From contig NC_043007.1 of the NCBI RefSeq assembly GCF_006345805.1, forward strand, positions 43,648,001-43,712,000: a stretch of 64,000 nt of DNA, written 5' to 3'. Source of the DNA: Octopus sinensis. Its lineage: Eukaryota. Shown in pieces: positions 38,838 through 51,629 of this stretch (position 1 is the first letter of the stretch; every line of letters starts with the position of its first letter). Position numbers and translations under genes: made by a program. The notes beneath the pieces were generated by a model. It was not told the origin of the DNA. It saw only the letters and a program-made list of their open reading frames with translations, and made no database searches.

Positions 38838-39258
38838 AAATTCATTTTTTTAAATGTCTTGCTTTGAAAAACTGCATTTGGGTATGATTAGTATAATTTT
38901 GGTAGTAATGACTTTGTCCCTCCTAGTGTGAGGCATTTATGTGTAATAATGCCCTCTATACAATATAGATATAATTAATTTGTTCAAAAGAAAAAAATTA
39001 TTTTCGAATTCTTTTCTTTTATGAGGTTTTCACGCTAGCTACCCGATAATTTCTTGTTAAGATCCCTTATTAAGAGATTATCCTTAATTGTTAAACTTAT
39101 TCCGAAATACTTTTCATTACCCGACATGCAGTTCGTAAAAAGCCCGCCATTTAACCGTATATGATTTATAAACATTCCATGTGCTTGGCCGGAGTGAGCA
39201 GTTGTCTGTTCGTCTTCGCTACGTAAGGTTGGTAGTTTATTTATGATGTTTCAGAATC

Positions 39259-39315
39259 AGTTCTGCTGACGATCATTAGACGTAAGTTGAATGTGAAATC
39301 ACGTGATACAGAACT
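39259..39315 (+). ncRNA. Type I hammerhead motif (array unit 3)
   Basis: As unit 1, but helix III is the perfect palindrome ATCACGTGAT. Confidence 0.82.
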
Positions 39316-39436
39316 AAATTCATTTTTTTAAATGTCTTGCTTTGAAAAACTGCATTTGGGTATGATTAGTATAATTTTGGTAGTAATGACTTTGTCCTCC
39401 TAGTGTGGCATTTATGTGTAATATGCCCTCTATACA

Positions 39437-39510
<74 letters not shown>

Positions 39511-39511
39511 T

Positions 39512-40837
39512 ACTCACATCAACGAACTCCCACATCGCATCAAAAAAGAATTCGTGATAGAAGGGGTTAAATTCATCCTGGAAAATAACTTCTTCGCCTT
39601 CAAAGACAACTTTTACCGACAAAAATCCGGGACTGCGATGGGTACACGAATGGCCCCCTCCTTTGCCAACCTAGCCATAGGATATCTAGAAATCAGTCTG
39701 TATCGTAAGGTTCTAGAAAGATATGGCAGCCCTTTCTCCATCTACATAGAAAACAACTGGAAGAGATACCTAGATGACTGTTTCATTCTTTGGCATGAAA
39801 ATATAGAGAAACTCAAAGAATTCCAAGAAATTTTAAATGGACTGGACGTAAACATCCAATTCACGATGTAATATAGCCAGCAACAACTCCCCTTCCTCGA
39901 TATCCTCATTAAGAAAACTAATAATGTAATAGAAACAGACATATATTATAAACCTACAGATTCTAAGCAATATCTTCCATTCAATTCATGCCACCCCAGA
40001 CACACCAGGATGAATATCCCCTTCAATCTAGCAAAAAGGATATGCACTATAGTTTCTAATGCAAACACCAGAGACACACGACTACAAGAACTAAAAGATA
40101 TCCTTATCACCAGGAACTACCCACTTTCACTTATTGACATATGCATTCAACGTGCCCTTCAACTTAACATCCAGGAACTGAGACATCCCAAATCAAAGAA
40201 AAACTTACGACCAAAGGCCTTACCATACATCTCCACACACAACCCTCTCAACAATGAAGCCTTCGGCACCATCCTCCAAAACATACCTCTCCTAAAAAAA
40301 GACCACAGAATGAACACAATCTTCCAAACACACACGATCATAAAAAGCAAGAGACAGCCAAAATCTATGAAAAGTCTCCTGACACAAGCCCGAATACACT
40401 CTTCAACACAGAAGCCGACAGTAAAAAAATGTGGAAGACCCAATTGCGGGATATGCGATTATCTAATTGAGGGATCAGTGTTCTCCTTCAAACAGGGACA
40501 ACGGTTTACAGTGAAAAGCAACTTCACATGTGCTTCGGAGAACCTAATATACACACTAACCTGCTCTGGGTGTCAAGAGCCGTACATAGACCAAACAAAA
40601 AATAGTTTGCGTAAAAGAATGGCCCTGCACAGATCCCAGATAAGAATTCCCCAAAACAGAAAAATAGCTTTCAGCCAACACATAGATACTTGCGCCAACA
40701 ACAAAACACCAGGCTTCAGGATTTTCCCCCTCTACCAATTTAGGGACGATACAACCTCGAGGCAACGAATAAGTAAAGAAACTCTCTTTATTACAAAATA
40801 CAGGCCACTTCTTAACGGGTCTACGACAAACGATTAA
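39512..40837 (+). pseudogene. PLE reverse transcriptase C-half, thumb, Cys linker and GIY-YIG endonuclease; one in-frame stop at 39869-39871
   Basis: GTAMGTRMAPSFANL, WKRYLDDCF, LPFLDI, YYKPTD, SCHP, CGRPNCGIC, NLIYTLTCSGCQEPYIDQT..LRKRMALHR. Confidence 0.92.
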
Positions 40838-40989
40838 TACACCTCAACTTTAGAATAACAGAAATACACACGCAATATTACATTCCAAAGAATCCATTAC
40901 AAATCAGCCCCAATCACAGCTATAATCCATAACGCCATAACGTGCCAACTTCAAGTCATACAACACCTCACTACTTCCACTCATTGATA

Positions 40990-41097
40990 TTCTCCCTTCT
41001 CTTTTTTCTTCTTCTTCCTCTTCTTCTTCATCATCATCATTATCATCATCATCGTCGTCATCATCATCACCCATCTCATCATCTTCTCTCCTTCTTC

Positions 41098-41129
<32 letters not shown>

Positions 41130-41376
41130 ATCATCATCATCATCATCATCATCAACATCAACAACATCGTCATCTTCTTCTTCTTCTTTTTCTTTTCTTC
41201 TTTCTCTTCTTCTTCTTCTTCTTCTTCTTTTCTGTCTTTTCTTCTTCTTCTTCTTCTTCTTTCTTCTTATTCTTGTTTCTTCTTCTTCTTCTCTTCTTCT
41301 TCTTCTCTTCTTCGTCTTCTTCTTCTTCTTCTTCTTCTTCTTCTTCTTCTTCTCTTCTGCTCCACCTTCTACTTCT
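40990..41376. repeat. (TTC)n/(TCA)n tract
   Basis: Seen directly. Confidence 0.95.
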
Positions 41377-41699
41377 TAACTTTATCACTAATGCTTTTTA
41401 GTATAACCCCTACGCAAATTCCATAAACAAACATTTCAATAGAAATATTCTCCTGCTAGCCGTCACTTGTATTCAAAATACAATCAAGGCACTCCCAAAT
41501 TTTTCCACCCATTCTCCTCATCAACCTTCTTCTTCTACCCTACCAAGAATTCACGACGATCTCGAACATACAAGTGCAAACAAGAGAGACAGAGAAAGGC
41601 AGAAACAAGAAAAATGCCACTTATATTTGAACACTATACAAATATTCCTTTAAAAAAACTTTTCTTTTAATTTTTCTAAATTTAATTATTTAATCGTTA

Positions 41700-41736
41700 C
41701 AGTTGAAAAGGTCTCAAAATGACCGAACCGGTACTG
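41700..41736 (+). ncRNA. Minimal hammerhead motif, U3-A8 variant, one A missing from GAAA
   Basis: CAG-TTGAAAA-GGTC-tcaaaat-GACC-GAA-CCGG-TA-CTG. Confidence 0.55.
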
Positions 41737-41783
41737 AAATGTTCTTTATAAATTATTTTAGCATTTTCTATCTTGACTTGTCT

Positions 41784-41880
<97 letters not shown>

Positions 41881-41941
41881 TATATATATATATATATGTA
41901 ATATAAGATGTATTATATATATATAGTATATGTGTATATAT

Positions 41942-41981
<40 letters not shown>

Positions 41982-42111
41982 TATACACTATACAATATAT
42001 AATATCCATATACATATATATATACATATATATATATAATTATATATATATATATATATATAGAATATATATATATAATATATATATATATATATACATA
42101 CATACATATAT

Positions 42112-42228
42112 ATAATAAATTAAAAAACGAAAATACGCACACTTATAAGTTTTAATATAATTAATAATTTTTTTAAAATTATATTAAAACTATGTAAGTG
42201 TGCGTATTTTCCTTTTTTAATTTCATAT
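42112..42228. repeat. AT-rich imperfect palindrome
   Basis: gaaaatacgcacactta...gttttaatataatt / aattatattaaaac...taagtgtgcgtattttc. Confidence 0.85.
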
Positions 42229-42315
42229 ATACATTATATACCGCGTGGGGATAATCGAAATTCCTCTTTTCTGTTACTATTATATATATATTACTATTAA
42301 TTTTTTTACTATAAC

Positions 42316-42483
42316 CATTTCTTAAATACAGCCACGAAGAACGTGTCGTTATTCTACCAAATATATACGTTTTTATTATTATTTTGCAATTTACTTAATC
42401 ATTGGTATATTATTGTTATTTATTATTTTTAATATTTCTATTATATGTAATTTTTTTGAATTGATAAAAAGTGTTTTTTTCTA

Positions 42484-42490
<7 letters not shown>
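42316..42490 (+). repeat. Partial inverted copy of the 37590-37790 repeat (3' half of the HHR only)
   Basis: catttcttaaatacagccacgaagaacgtgtcgttattctaccaaatatatacg. Confidence 0.85.
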
Positions 42491-42524
<34 letters not shown>

Positions 42525-43729
42525 ATATACATATAATATATATATAGGCACACCAAGGGAAAATGAAAGTAGCTAAATAGGCTTAGAAAGAGAAAGAGAG
42601 AGAGAGAGAGAACGATAAAGAGGGAAAGTGAGAGAGAAATAAAGAGGGAAAGTGAGCAAGAGAGAGAAAAAGAGTGAGTGAATGAGAGATAGATAGATAG
42701 ATAGAGATAGATAGATAGAGAGAGAGAGAGGGAGAGAGAGAGTGTGGATGTCAGATCGATGATATCTGACCTTTTACGAATCAGAATATTTATGTGAGTC
42801 AAGTAGATGCGTGTTCATACTCAAAGTCGTAATAAGTTGTTCCAATATTTTTCCATATTTCTAAATAAACTACTTACAATATTTATTTCGTTGTTTATTC
42901 ATTTCAACAAGCACCGCATAAATTTGAGAACTGTCACCATAAGATAGCTGTTTTACTGGTATGCCGGTAGTTACTGTAGTGGAATGGGAGTTTGTAAGAA
43001 GTAGAAATGTTATAAGGTTTCTTCTGTAATGCAATGAAAAACCAGTACAAAATTATCAACGTTCAAATACATACAGAAAAATTATCGCAGAAAAGATAAA
43101 ATCCTTCAGATGCCTCGCATTATCTGGATTATGAACGTAACAGGCTACAAAAAGTCGAACATGGGAGTTACTAAGATAATATGGAAAATGAATTTTAAAA
43201 TATCCACCTTTACATTTTATCTAAAGGAATTAAAAAAAAAGATTTGTAGCTTATAACTTCAAAGTGAATACTGCAATTGATAGTTCTTTCTCATCCCCAG
43301 AAGAAATGACTCGAAAATTAACAGATATTTATGATGAGTTTCACAAAGAGAAAAAATATCAAAAGAAGAAAAAACTTGAATTATTGAGAAAATTTGAAAC
43401 AAATTTACTTAAGAACTAAAGATAAAAATGCAGATTAAATCAGCTTTGTAACAAAGTATATTTAAAAGTAAATGGAATTTAAACACTCTTTAATAAGTAT
43501 TAAATAAACAGGTACTAAAACTGAAATGAAATAACCAAAGTCAAGCAGATAAGGGATACAAACGAAAGAATTGGACATAACAAGTTGTGGCATTGAAGAA
43601 AAGAAATTGTATAAAGAATAGGACAGCCAGGTGAAAATCTGGCTGTCCTATTGGCTTTTGTTCACGGATTTGAGTTGAAGGAAATAAAAGCATAGAAATA
43701 TGTAATTGTGGGCATTAAAGGTTATATTG

Positions 43730-43935
43730 ATTTCAAATTTTGGCACAAGGCCTGCAATTTACGGGGAGTGGGTAAGCTGGTAACATCAACCTCAATGCTC
43801 AATTTGTATTTATATTATCGACCCTGAAAGGCAAAGTCGAGCTCGACGGAATTTGAGCCCAGAACGCAAAGACGGACAAAATTCCGCTAAACATCTCGCC
43901 TATCTTGCTAACGATTCTGCCGGCTTGCCGCCTTA
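43730..43935 (-). mobile_element. SINE family A
   Basis: atcgaccctgaaaggcaaagtcga...ggaatttga...ttgccgcctt. Confidence 0.7.
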
Positions 43936-44480
43936 ATTAAAGCATTATACTGAGAACTTGTTAATCGTGGATTGACTATTAAGTTTAATATGATGAATAT
44001 GGAAAATATATAGTAGTAAAAGGAACGGTAGAATTGTCACTGATAATAGACGATGCACAAATGCCAGGGTTTTCCAATCATTTTTATTGTATTCTGTAGA
44101 ATACTGTATGTGAAACTGAGTGCGTATGTTATATTCGGAACACAGAATTGAAGTCGAGCAGGTGATTACCAAAGAGAATAATGATTGGAAATAAGTTCAG
44201 AGAAATATTTACTTTTACTGGTTTCAGTCAAAGGCTGCGGTCATGTGAAGGTGGGTGGGGTGGGGGACCAAAGCTGAACCGATCACATGAGAACGAAGTT
44301 GTGAAAGAGTGTTTATGGAAACTAAAAATAAACGCAATGGAGATTAATCTGCTTGTAAAACGAAAGGTAAACTGGAATCCTTTGTTGCTTTATATGTGGA
44401 ATTAAAACATTTGATTCTGATAGTGTTTTATCGATCAATTCTGGTCATACATTTCACACACACACAGACACACACACACA

Positions 44481-44523
<43 letters not shown>

Positions 44524-44526
44524 GGA

Positions 44527-45460
44527 GTAAAAACTGTCTCACACTCAAAGCGGTGTGCTAGGTGCATTCTCTTGATGAAACCACCACTCTCCACTTTGCT
44601 ACAGGTCAGGCCGTTGTCGTCTCAGCGCGTCTCGTAAACGCTTCGGTATTTCCAAGTAAAATGTCTGGTTAATAGTTTGACCAGGAGGAACAAATTTTGT
44701 GTGAACAATTCCTTTTGCATCGATAAAACAAATCAGCACCGTCTTGATATTGGACTTCACTTGACGTGCTATTTGGAGACGTGGTAACGTTAAATACTTC
44801 CATTGACCGGACGGCTGCTTCGATTTCAGGTCGTAGCCGGTAATGACCTTCGGAAAAAGGTCCGGATCAATTTCCAACTATTCTTTCAGTTTACGACACT
44901 CATTCAGTCGTGACTGCTTTTGATTTTCTGTGACCAAGTGAGGCACTAATTTTGCTGCAACTCTTTTCATTCACAATTCCTTACTCAAAATTCGTTAGCA
45001 GGAGCTCCAGGACACACCAGTCAAATCAACAAGTCCTCCAAAACCAGTTCGTGAATTTTCATGATGTTTCATTCGTTCGGTGGCCCTGAACGAGGTTGAT
45101 CTTCAAGTGACAAGTGACCATTCCTAAAGTGTGAAAACCAGTTGTAAAGTTGTAAACTTGTGATTTGCTCATGGCAGCGTCCTTGTAAGCTATTTGAAGC
45201 ATGACAAATACTTTGGCCGCCATTTTCTCCGGCAGAATACAGAATTTCACAGAAGCACGCTGTTCCGTCTTTTAAGCTATCGCAAAAATCGGCGACCAGG
45301 GGACAAGCACTGCAAAACAATGATGCACCACGTGCAGTACGACTTTACACTATGACGCCGGTAGACAGACTGATGCCTGAGGGTCGCATCAAGTCGTTTC
45401 TTGAGGTGGAAGTCTGAACCACAGTGAACGTTTCCGGTTACTTTTGGGTACCTCTTCGTA
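44527..45460 (-). mobile_element. Mariner-like transposon, 3'-truncated and decayed
   Basis: EQRASVKFC, AMSKSQVY, SLEDQPRSG, RVAAKLVPHL, KVITG, FIDAKGIVHTKFVPPGQTINQTFYLE; left end tacgaagaggtacccaaaagtaaccggaa. Confidence 0.85.
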
Positions 45461-45895
45461 TATATATATATATAGTTCACTTTTTCGTTATAATAAAATC
45501 AACAAAAAAGTACTCTATCAGGTGAGAAATAAATAGAGTATATGCACACAGTATATAGTTATGAGCTACTAATACAGTGAATAAATTATCTAGGCAGGTC
45601 TTTAAACACACCTAGGGTTTCCAAGTAACCTGCAGGCTCTGAGCACATAGCCTATAGCAGTTACAAATCAGGACAATAGAACAAGTGTAATCACGAGATA
45701 AAACGAGATGAAGATGTGTTTAAAAAGCGGAATTGTTTTAAAAAAAGAAAAACGGAAAAAGAAGGACAGAAAGAGAAAAAGTAGATGTATCCATGGGATC
45801 ATAAGTCAGTGCTCACATCTGCGTTCTTGAGGTATTTTTATATTTCATGCATTGAGATATGTGACATACGGTAGGGATTAATTTATATGAGATGT

Positions 45896-45944
<49 letters not shown>

Positions 45945-46018
45945 CGGAGATGTACTTGCATAGCAAGTGATTTCATCTGAGATCGTGTGCTGAAACGAAA
46001 ACAATTGCAGCACGGATT

Positions 46019-46069
46019 TTTGTTAGTGAACAGGTCGCGGTCTTAAAGCGACGAAAATATTTTGACAAA
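46019..46069 (+). ncRNA. Type I hammerhead motif, G3-C8 variant
   Basis: TTTGTTA-GTGAACA-g-GTCGC-ggtcttaaa-GCGAC-GAAA-ATAT-TT-TGACAAA; stem I 7 bp, stem II 5 bp, palindromic AATATT, UUU site. Confidence 0.68.
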
Positions 46070-46176
46070 TTAAACTTAAATGTTGAAGTGAATCGAACGG
46101 CTTTTGTATGTTTCTTAAATGGCTTACAAACACCTTCCACGCTGCAATTGTTATATCTATATCTATATCTATATAT

Positions 46177-46286
<110 letters not shown>

Positions 46287-46309
46287 ATATATATATATAT
46301 ACATATATA

Positions 46310-46862
46310 ATTTCGCCGACACTTTCCCCTTGCATAAAATTCTCTGTTAAAATGGAATGCACTTATCCTGTGGTTATTCCCACTTCATTATCAATTTCCT
46401 GAATTGTTACACGACGGTTTTCCACGACTATTCGCCAAACCTTCTCAGTCGGCTCCTTGATTTAGCCTGTGGATAACCTGCCTGCCTGGGCGTACCTCGC
46501 TCTTCATTGAGGTGCAGCCATATTTGAAGCGTTTGTACCACTCCTTGATCTGAGTTTTGCTCATGACATCATCGCCCAAAACCTAATGATTCTTCTAGAA
46601 TGGTTTGAGTTTTTGGCAAGACTTAATGCTATATCTCTGGTCGATACGTTCGGTCATCTTGAATGAAAACGAAAATCGACGAGCGTGCATCTACACGTCA
46701 GTACTCTAGGTGCGACAGCCGAGACCTGGCACGGTTTACCGGGGCGAAAATTTTCACGCGTGTGCAACAAGGGTGGCGTCACCTCCCACCCAAAGGATTT
46801 TGCCTGCATGGCATTAGTTTGGGTAGGAAAAAATAAAATCAGATACTATTTGAACGCACCTG
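46310..46862 (-). mobile_element. Mariner-like 5' fragment
   Basis: End sequence caggtgcgttcaaatagtatc; hand translation MTERIDQRYSIK and GDDVMSKTQIKEWYKRFK. Confidence 0.7.
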
Positions 46863-46884
46863 GTATGTGTGTATGCGTGTGTGT

Positions 46885-46935
<51 letters not shown>

Positions 46936-48608
46936 GTGACGTCAAAAGAATTATATAAACTTTAGAATCAACATGAAATAATTCTTTTTAGGAACATTGG
47001 CCCTAGAGGCACATCACATAAAGCTATAAATATTAGCATGTAAACAGGTTAAAAAACTCATTTGGACAGAAAACTTTGAAGGCTGTCATGTGTGTGTGTT
47101 AGTATGTGCGTACGTATATATGTATGTATTTATGCATGTATGTATTTATGTAAATACGTACATATTTATGTATGCATGGGTGTATGAATATATTTTGAGG
47201 AGCAAACTTGATGTCGAGTTTTGATCCATTACGTCAAAAAGAACGAAAGTCTATTTATCGAATGTTGACATTCAGTAAACGTAGAGCGATAAAATAAGTA
47301 TCAGATGGCGAAATAAGTATTTGAGTTGATATAAGCGATCAAAATTTCCATTATGATAATCATCCCGCCAACTTCTATATCAGGAACAGCATTGTTGGGC
47401 GTGGCTTTCTTCATTTAAGAACAACTTTGCATTTTAAGGACAACTTGGCTGCTAATTGTAGTGGAACTACTTGCTACTTAGATGCTTCCTGGTTAGATGA
47501 ATACACTTCGTTCTTAAAAATAATGCCGTTACTTATTTCAACTCTGTAACTGTTATAGCGACCGAAAATGGATTTAAGCCACATACTAACAAGAGAATGA
47601 TGCTTTATGATCTTAGCGATGATACTGTGTATATGAGATCTATAATAATTTCTAATATCTATTGTAATATCTACCCTAGGTTTGGGGGCGACAAAACTTG
47701 TCTTCAGCTCGGACTCATTCTCTTTTCCATTCTTTTTTATTCGCTGCCACCTCGCAACACGCTTTCCCCTTTCCTTCACTCCCAATTTCATCATCATCAC
47801 TACAAGACGATGTGGGTGGGGAGAACTACCATTCGTAGCTTCTGGTTTGCTCTGTTTGGAGGAGGAAACTTCTTGGTTTATTTGCGCTCTACCTCACTCG
47901 TAAACATCACCAAGAGCCCACACTCAGTCGTAACAGCAGAAACTCTGAAACTTGTCCACTTGACTAGGCGTGTGTGATAAACTCCGACGTATGTGAGGCA
48001 GACGTCACAGCTACGCTTCAAGTTTACCTTAATCGAAAATAAGAATTACATCGGGTTGTGTAAAGGCAATCTAATAAAACACGCTGGTGGTGCAGAGGGT
48101 GTAAAGAATTGCTTCGTCTTTTTCCTGTTCTAGCTATCTTGAGTTGGAACAAGTAGATGCCGTGAGGTTAGCATCAACAGCACCCATGGTTTCCCCTCTG
48201 ATGTTTTCACCTGTTGTTGTCTGCGACCCCTTGTGCTTTTCTGTTTCTTCTTCTTTTGGGCAGAAGTACTTCGTGTGGTTTTAACATGACACGAGTATCT
48301 TCTGAATACTCAGGGTGAGCAAAGTATATTTGAGTTTATTGAAATTTATTTATGATACATTGAATTATCAAGAATGTGTTTTATTTAATGTATTCCACAA
48401 AAGATCGATCATGCTTTACGCATTGACTGATAGCAACTATAGCAAATCAATGAAATATTCTGCAACCGTTGAAAGATTTATTTGAATTTGAATAAGAGAT
48501 TTTTACTATGTCTAAACCTAAATGAGGGAACAGGAAATTGAGTGAGGACCATAAACTTGATTTAAAGCGAAAAAAGTTCCTTAATTTCAATGCTTTTAAC
48601 AGCTGTTT

Positions 48609-48676
<68 letters not shown>

Positions 48677-50869
48677 CACTGATCCAATATTGGTAGGATC
48701 AACAAAAAAGTACTCCATCCAGTGAGAGATAAATTTCAACTTGATATACACAATTACAAAAGAGCAACAAATTGTTTCATACTTTACAATACATTAAATT
48801 GGCAGATTTATAAAGCATACCACGTATCTCTAAGCAGTCTTTCAGACTTAGTTCATATGTTACATATATTTAAAAACCAGAAAGCTAGACTATGAAAAAT
48901 CATGAAAAAAAATCGAGAAGGAAAAACGCGAAGAGGGTTTAGGCAAAAAGCAAAGAAAAGTAAGAAAATCAAGATTTTCGTCCTCTGTTTTAATATGATC
49001 ATTACAATTTATAAACACTATCAAGAGCCCACTCCCGGTTGTAACTGTTGGAACCCTCAAGCTTACCCACTTGGCCAGGTATGTATGACTAATTCAGCCG
49101 CATGAGAGGCAGAAGTCACAGCAACGCTTCAAGATAACCTTAACCAAAAATAAGAATTATATCGGGATTAGAGAAGACAATTTTACAAAACGTTTCTGGC
49201 ACATCGACAAAAGTAATCCCACTAAGTTGGCTAGCCACATATGGGGATTGAAGATCAAATTCACACCACATACAATAAAGTGGAGAAACATGGAGAACAC
49301 CAAGCCATATGTTAACGGCTTATGCGTTGTTGAAGCATAGCACAGTCTTTATAGGTTCAAGAATTCTATCACACTGCTTAGTTCCAGATCGGAAATTTTT
49401 AGAAAATGCAAGCATATGGACAGGTTTCTTTTGTCGAACTGGAAGACAACACCTGCTCCGGATTGAGTAGCTATCTCACAGACTTTGGACTCTCTTCTGT
49501 TATATTAATCTGCACCAGCTACATCGATTATGGTTTCTATAGTCAAAGAGGACGAAGATCTTGGTTTTCTTACTTTTCTTTCTTTTCGTTCCACTTTTTG
49601 CATCAACATTCTTCGCAATTTTTCTTTACGCTTTTCCCTCATGTTTTCTCATAGTCTGCACTCTGGTTTTTGAATACGCCTAACGTATGAACTGAGCCCG
49701 AAAGATTGCTTGGAGATACACGGCATGTTTTATAAATTTACTAATTTAATGTATTGTAAAGCATGATACTATTAGTAGCTCTTTTGTAATTGTGTAGATT
49801 AAATTGATATATATATATGTATGTAAATTCGTGCGCGCGTGTGTGTGTGTATAAATAAGTACACTCAAATGTAAAATATATATTATCCCTCGTTTATTTT
49901 GCGCAACTTTCCAACCATTTACCATTCTAAACATGTCATTTCTTAAATGTTCTTTATAACAAAGTACTTAATGTTTCCTTACTTAGCCGAGAACAAGATT
50001 TTAGAGCTGTAGCATTTTAGTTGCAGCTGAAACACGAGGAAATGAAAATAAATTTATCTTAAATGTCTAGATAAGTGCAAAACGAATGCTATCTCCAGAT
50101 TTTTCCTTGGGAAATAAAGCAGTACTATTTCTCAGATACCGAAATGTCATTCTTTAGTAAATTAAATTCCGGAAATTCTTTATTGAATAGAAGGAAGTTT
50201 CATATTCAATAAAATAATTGGAGGTGACTAAAGCTTCAAACAGCTGTAAACTAGGAAACATTCTAGATAATATAAACTGTCCCTACATGTCTTTTAGTTT
50301 CACACAAAAGCTGAATTTACTTCAGTTCTTTTAGTTCAGATTGTTGAAGAATATTTTACATTTATACTTTTAATTTTTACAACAGGAATATTTCACCTAA
50401 GGGAAAAGAAACTGAACGATCATTGATGTCAGCCTTCAATAGTACTTGTCATTCTATGAAATTATCAAGAACATCTTTTATACTATTCTTGATAAAGGAA
50501 CACTGCTTATGAATTTCGAAGGTAGAAGCTTGAATCTCTAAACTTTATGTATGATAAAGGAACGGTTAAAATGTATGGAAATTTTTACAAGTGGCATTCT
50601 GCATATCTTGTATTATAGATGTTGAAGTTATGACATCTAATATCGCAAAAGTATGAAATAGAAGTGTTAGCATTTCATTTAGTAGTCTGTTTACCACTTG
50701 CTGGTTTGACAGCCACTGTGCACTGCAAGGTTTAACATCTCAATTGCTCTAGACGTTTGGACATTAAAAGAAAAATTCTAGTCAACGCCTCCAAGGAAGT
50801 TGGAAACTCAGCACGTGTATAAAATGCACATAAATACATTGAATTGCATATATAGTTTAGCAGAAAAGA

Positions 50870-51080
50870 GGCAGCGAGGTGGGAGAATCGGTAGTATGCC
50901 ACATAAAATACTTAACGGCATGTCTTCTAGCTTTACTCCTAAGTTAAAATTCTACCCTGGTCGACTTTGACTTTCATCGTTTCGAGGTGGATGGAATATG
51001 TACCAGTCAGGTATTGGGGTTGATGTAATCAACTAATTCTTTCCAAAAAATTTCAGGCTTTCACCTTTAGTAGAAAGAAA
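50870..51080 (+). mobile_element. SINE family A (decayed)
   Basis: gtcgactttgactttcatcgtttcgaggt. Confidence 0.65.
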
Positions 51081-51629
51081 AAAATATTTTGCAGAAAGTA
51101 TTCCAGCTTTCTAGAAGACTTTAGTATCGCATTTAACCTCATCAGTTGCATTTGCACTGTCACTTGCACATCCCATCAGATGCCGTGTCTTTTACTGAAA
51201 TTATTATGCAAGCCTCAGGCAGTAAAGTAATTTCCAAAAGAGTTAAAAACTCGTCGACTAATTTAAAAAAAAAAACTATGGCTGTAAAATCTAGCTAGAA
51301 TTAGAACTTTCTATTTTTTTGTCTGTACATTCATCAATAATTAATGAAAATTTAATATATTCTTCAACAGGTATAGCATACCAAATGACATCAAGAAAAA
51401 TAGCTGTTTCTTTTAATCATGTATATTTAATTGCCTTGGCAATTTTTGTACTAGGTCATGTATTACATAGAAGGCCTAGAAGATAATCCTGTATGGAAAT
51501 GAAGAAATTGTGTTCTGTCACAAACACACAATTTTCAGTTCAGTGGAAATTACATTTGAGACATGCTACACGAAAAGGTAGGAGAGCATCAGAGATCACT
51601 CACTTTAGACGTTTGGACATTTGCATTGA

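Larger units (their letters stand above)
38033..39440 (+). repeat. Tandem array of three near-identical 479-bp units, one HHR per unit (retrozyme-like)
   Basis: ttttcgaattcttttc recurs at about 38041, 38522 and 39001; differences between units are mostly 1-nt indels. Confidence 0.93.
39510..41785 (+). mobile_element. 5'-truncated Penelope-like element (Neptune-like) with 3' pseudo-LTR
   Basis: RT + GIY-YIG ORF, microsatellite-rich 3' region, HHR-like motif at 41700; both ends abut (TA)n. Confidence 0.88.
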
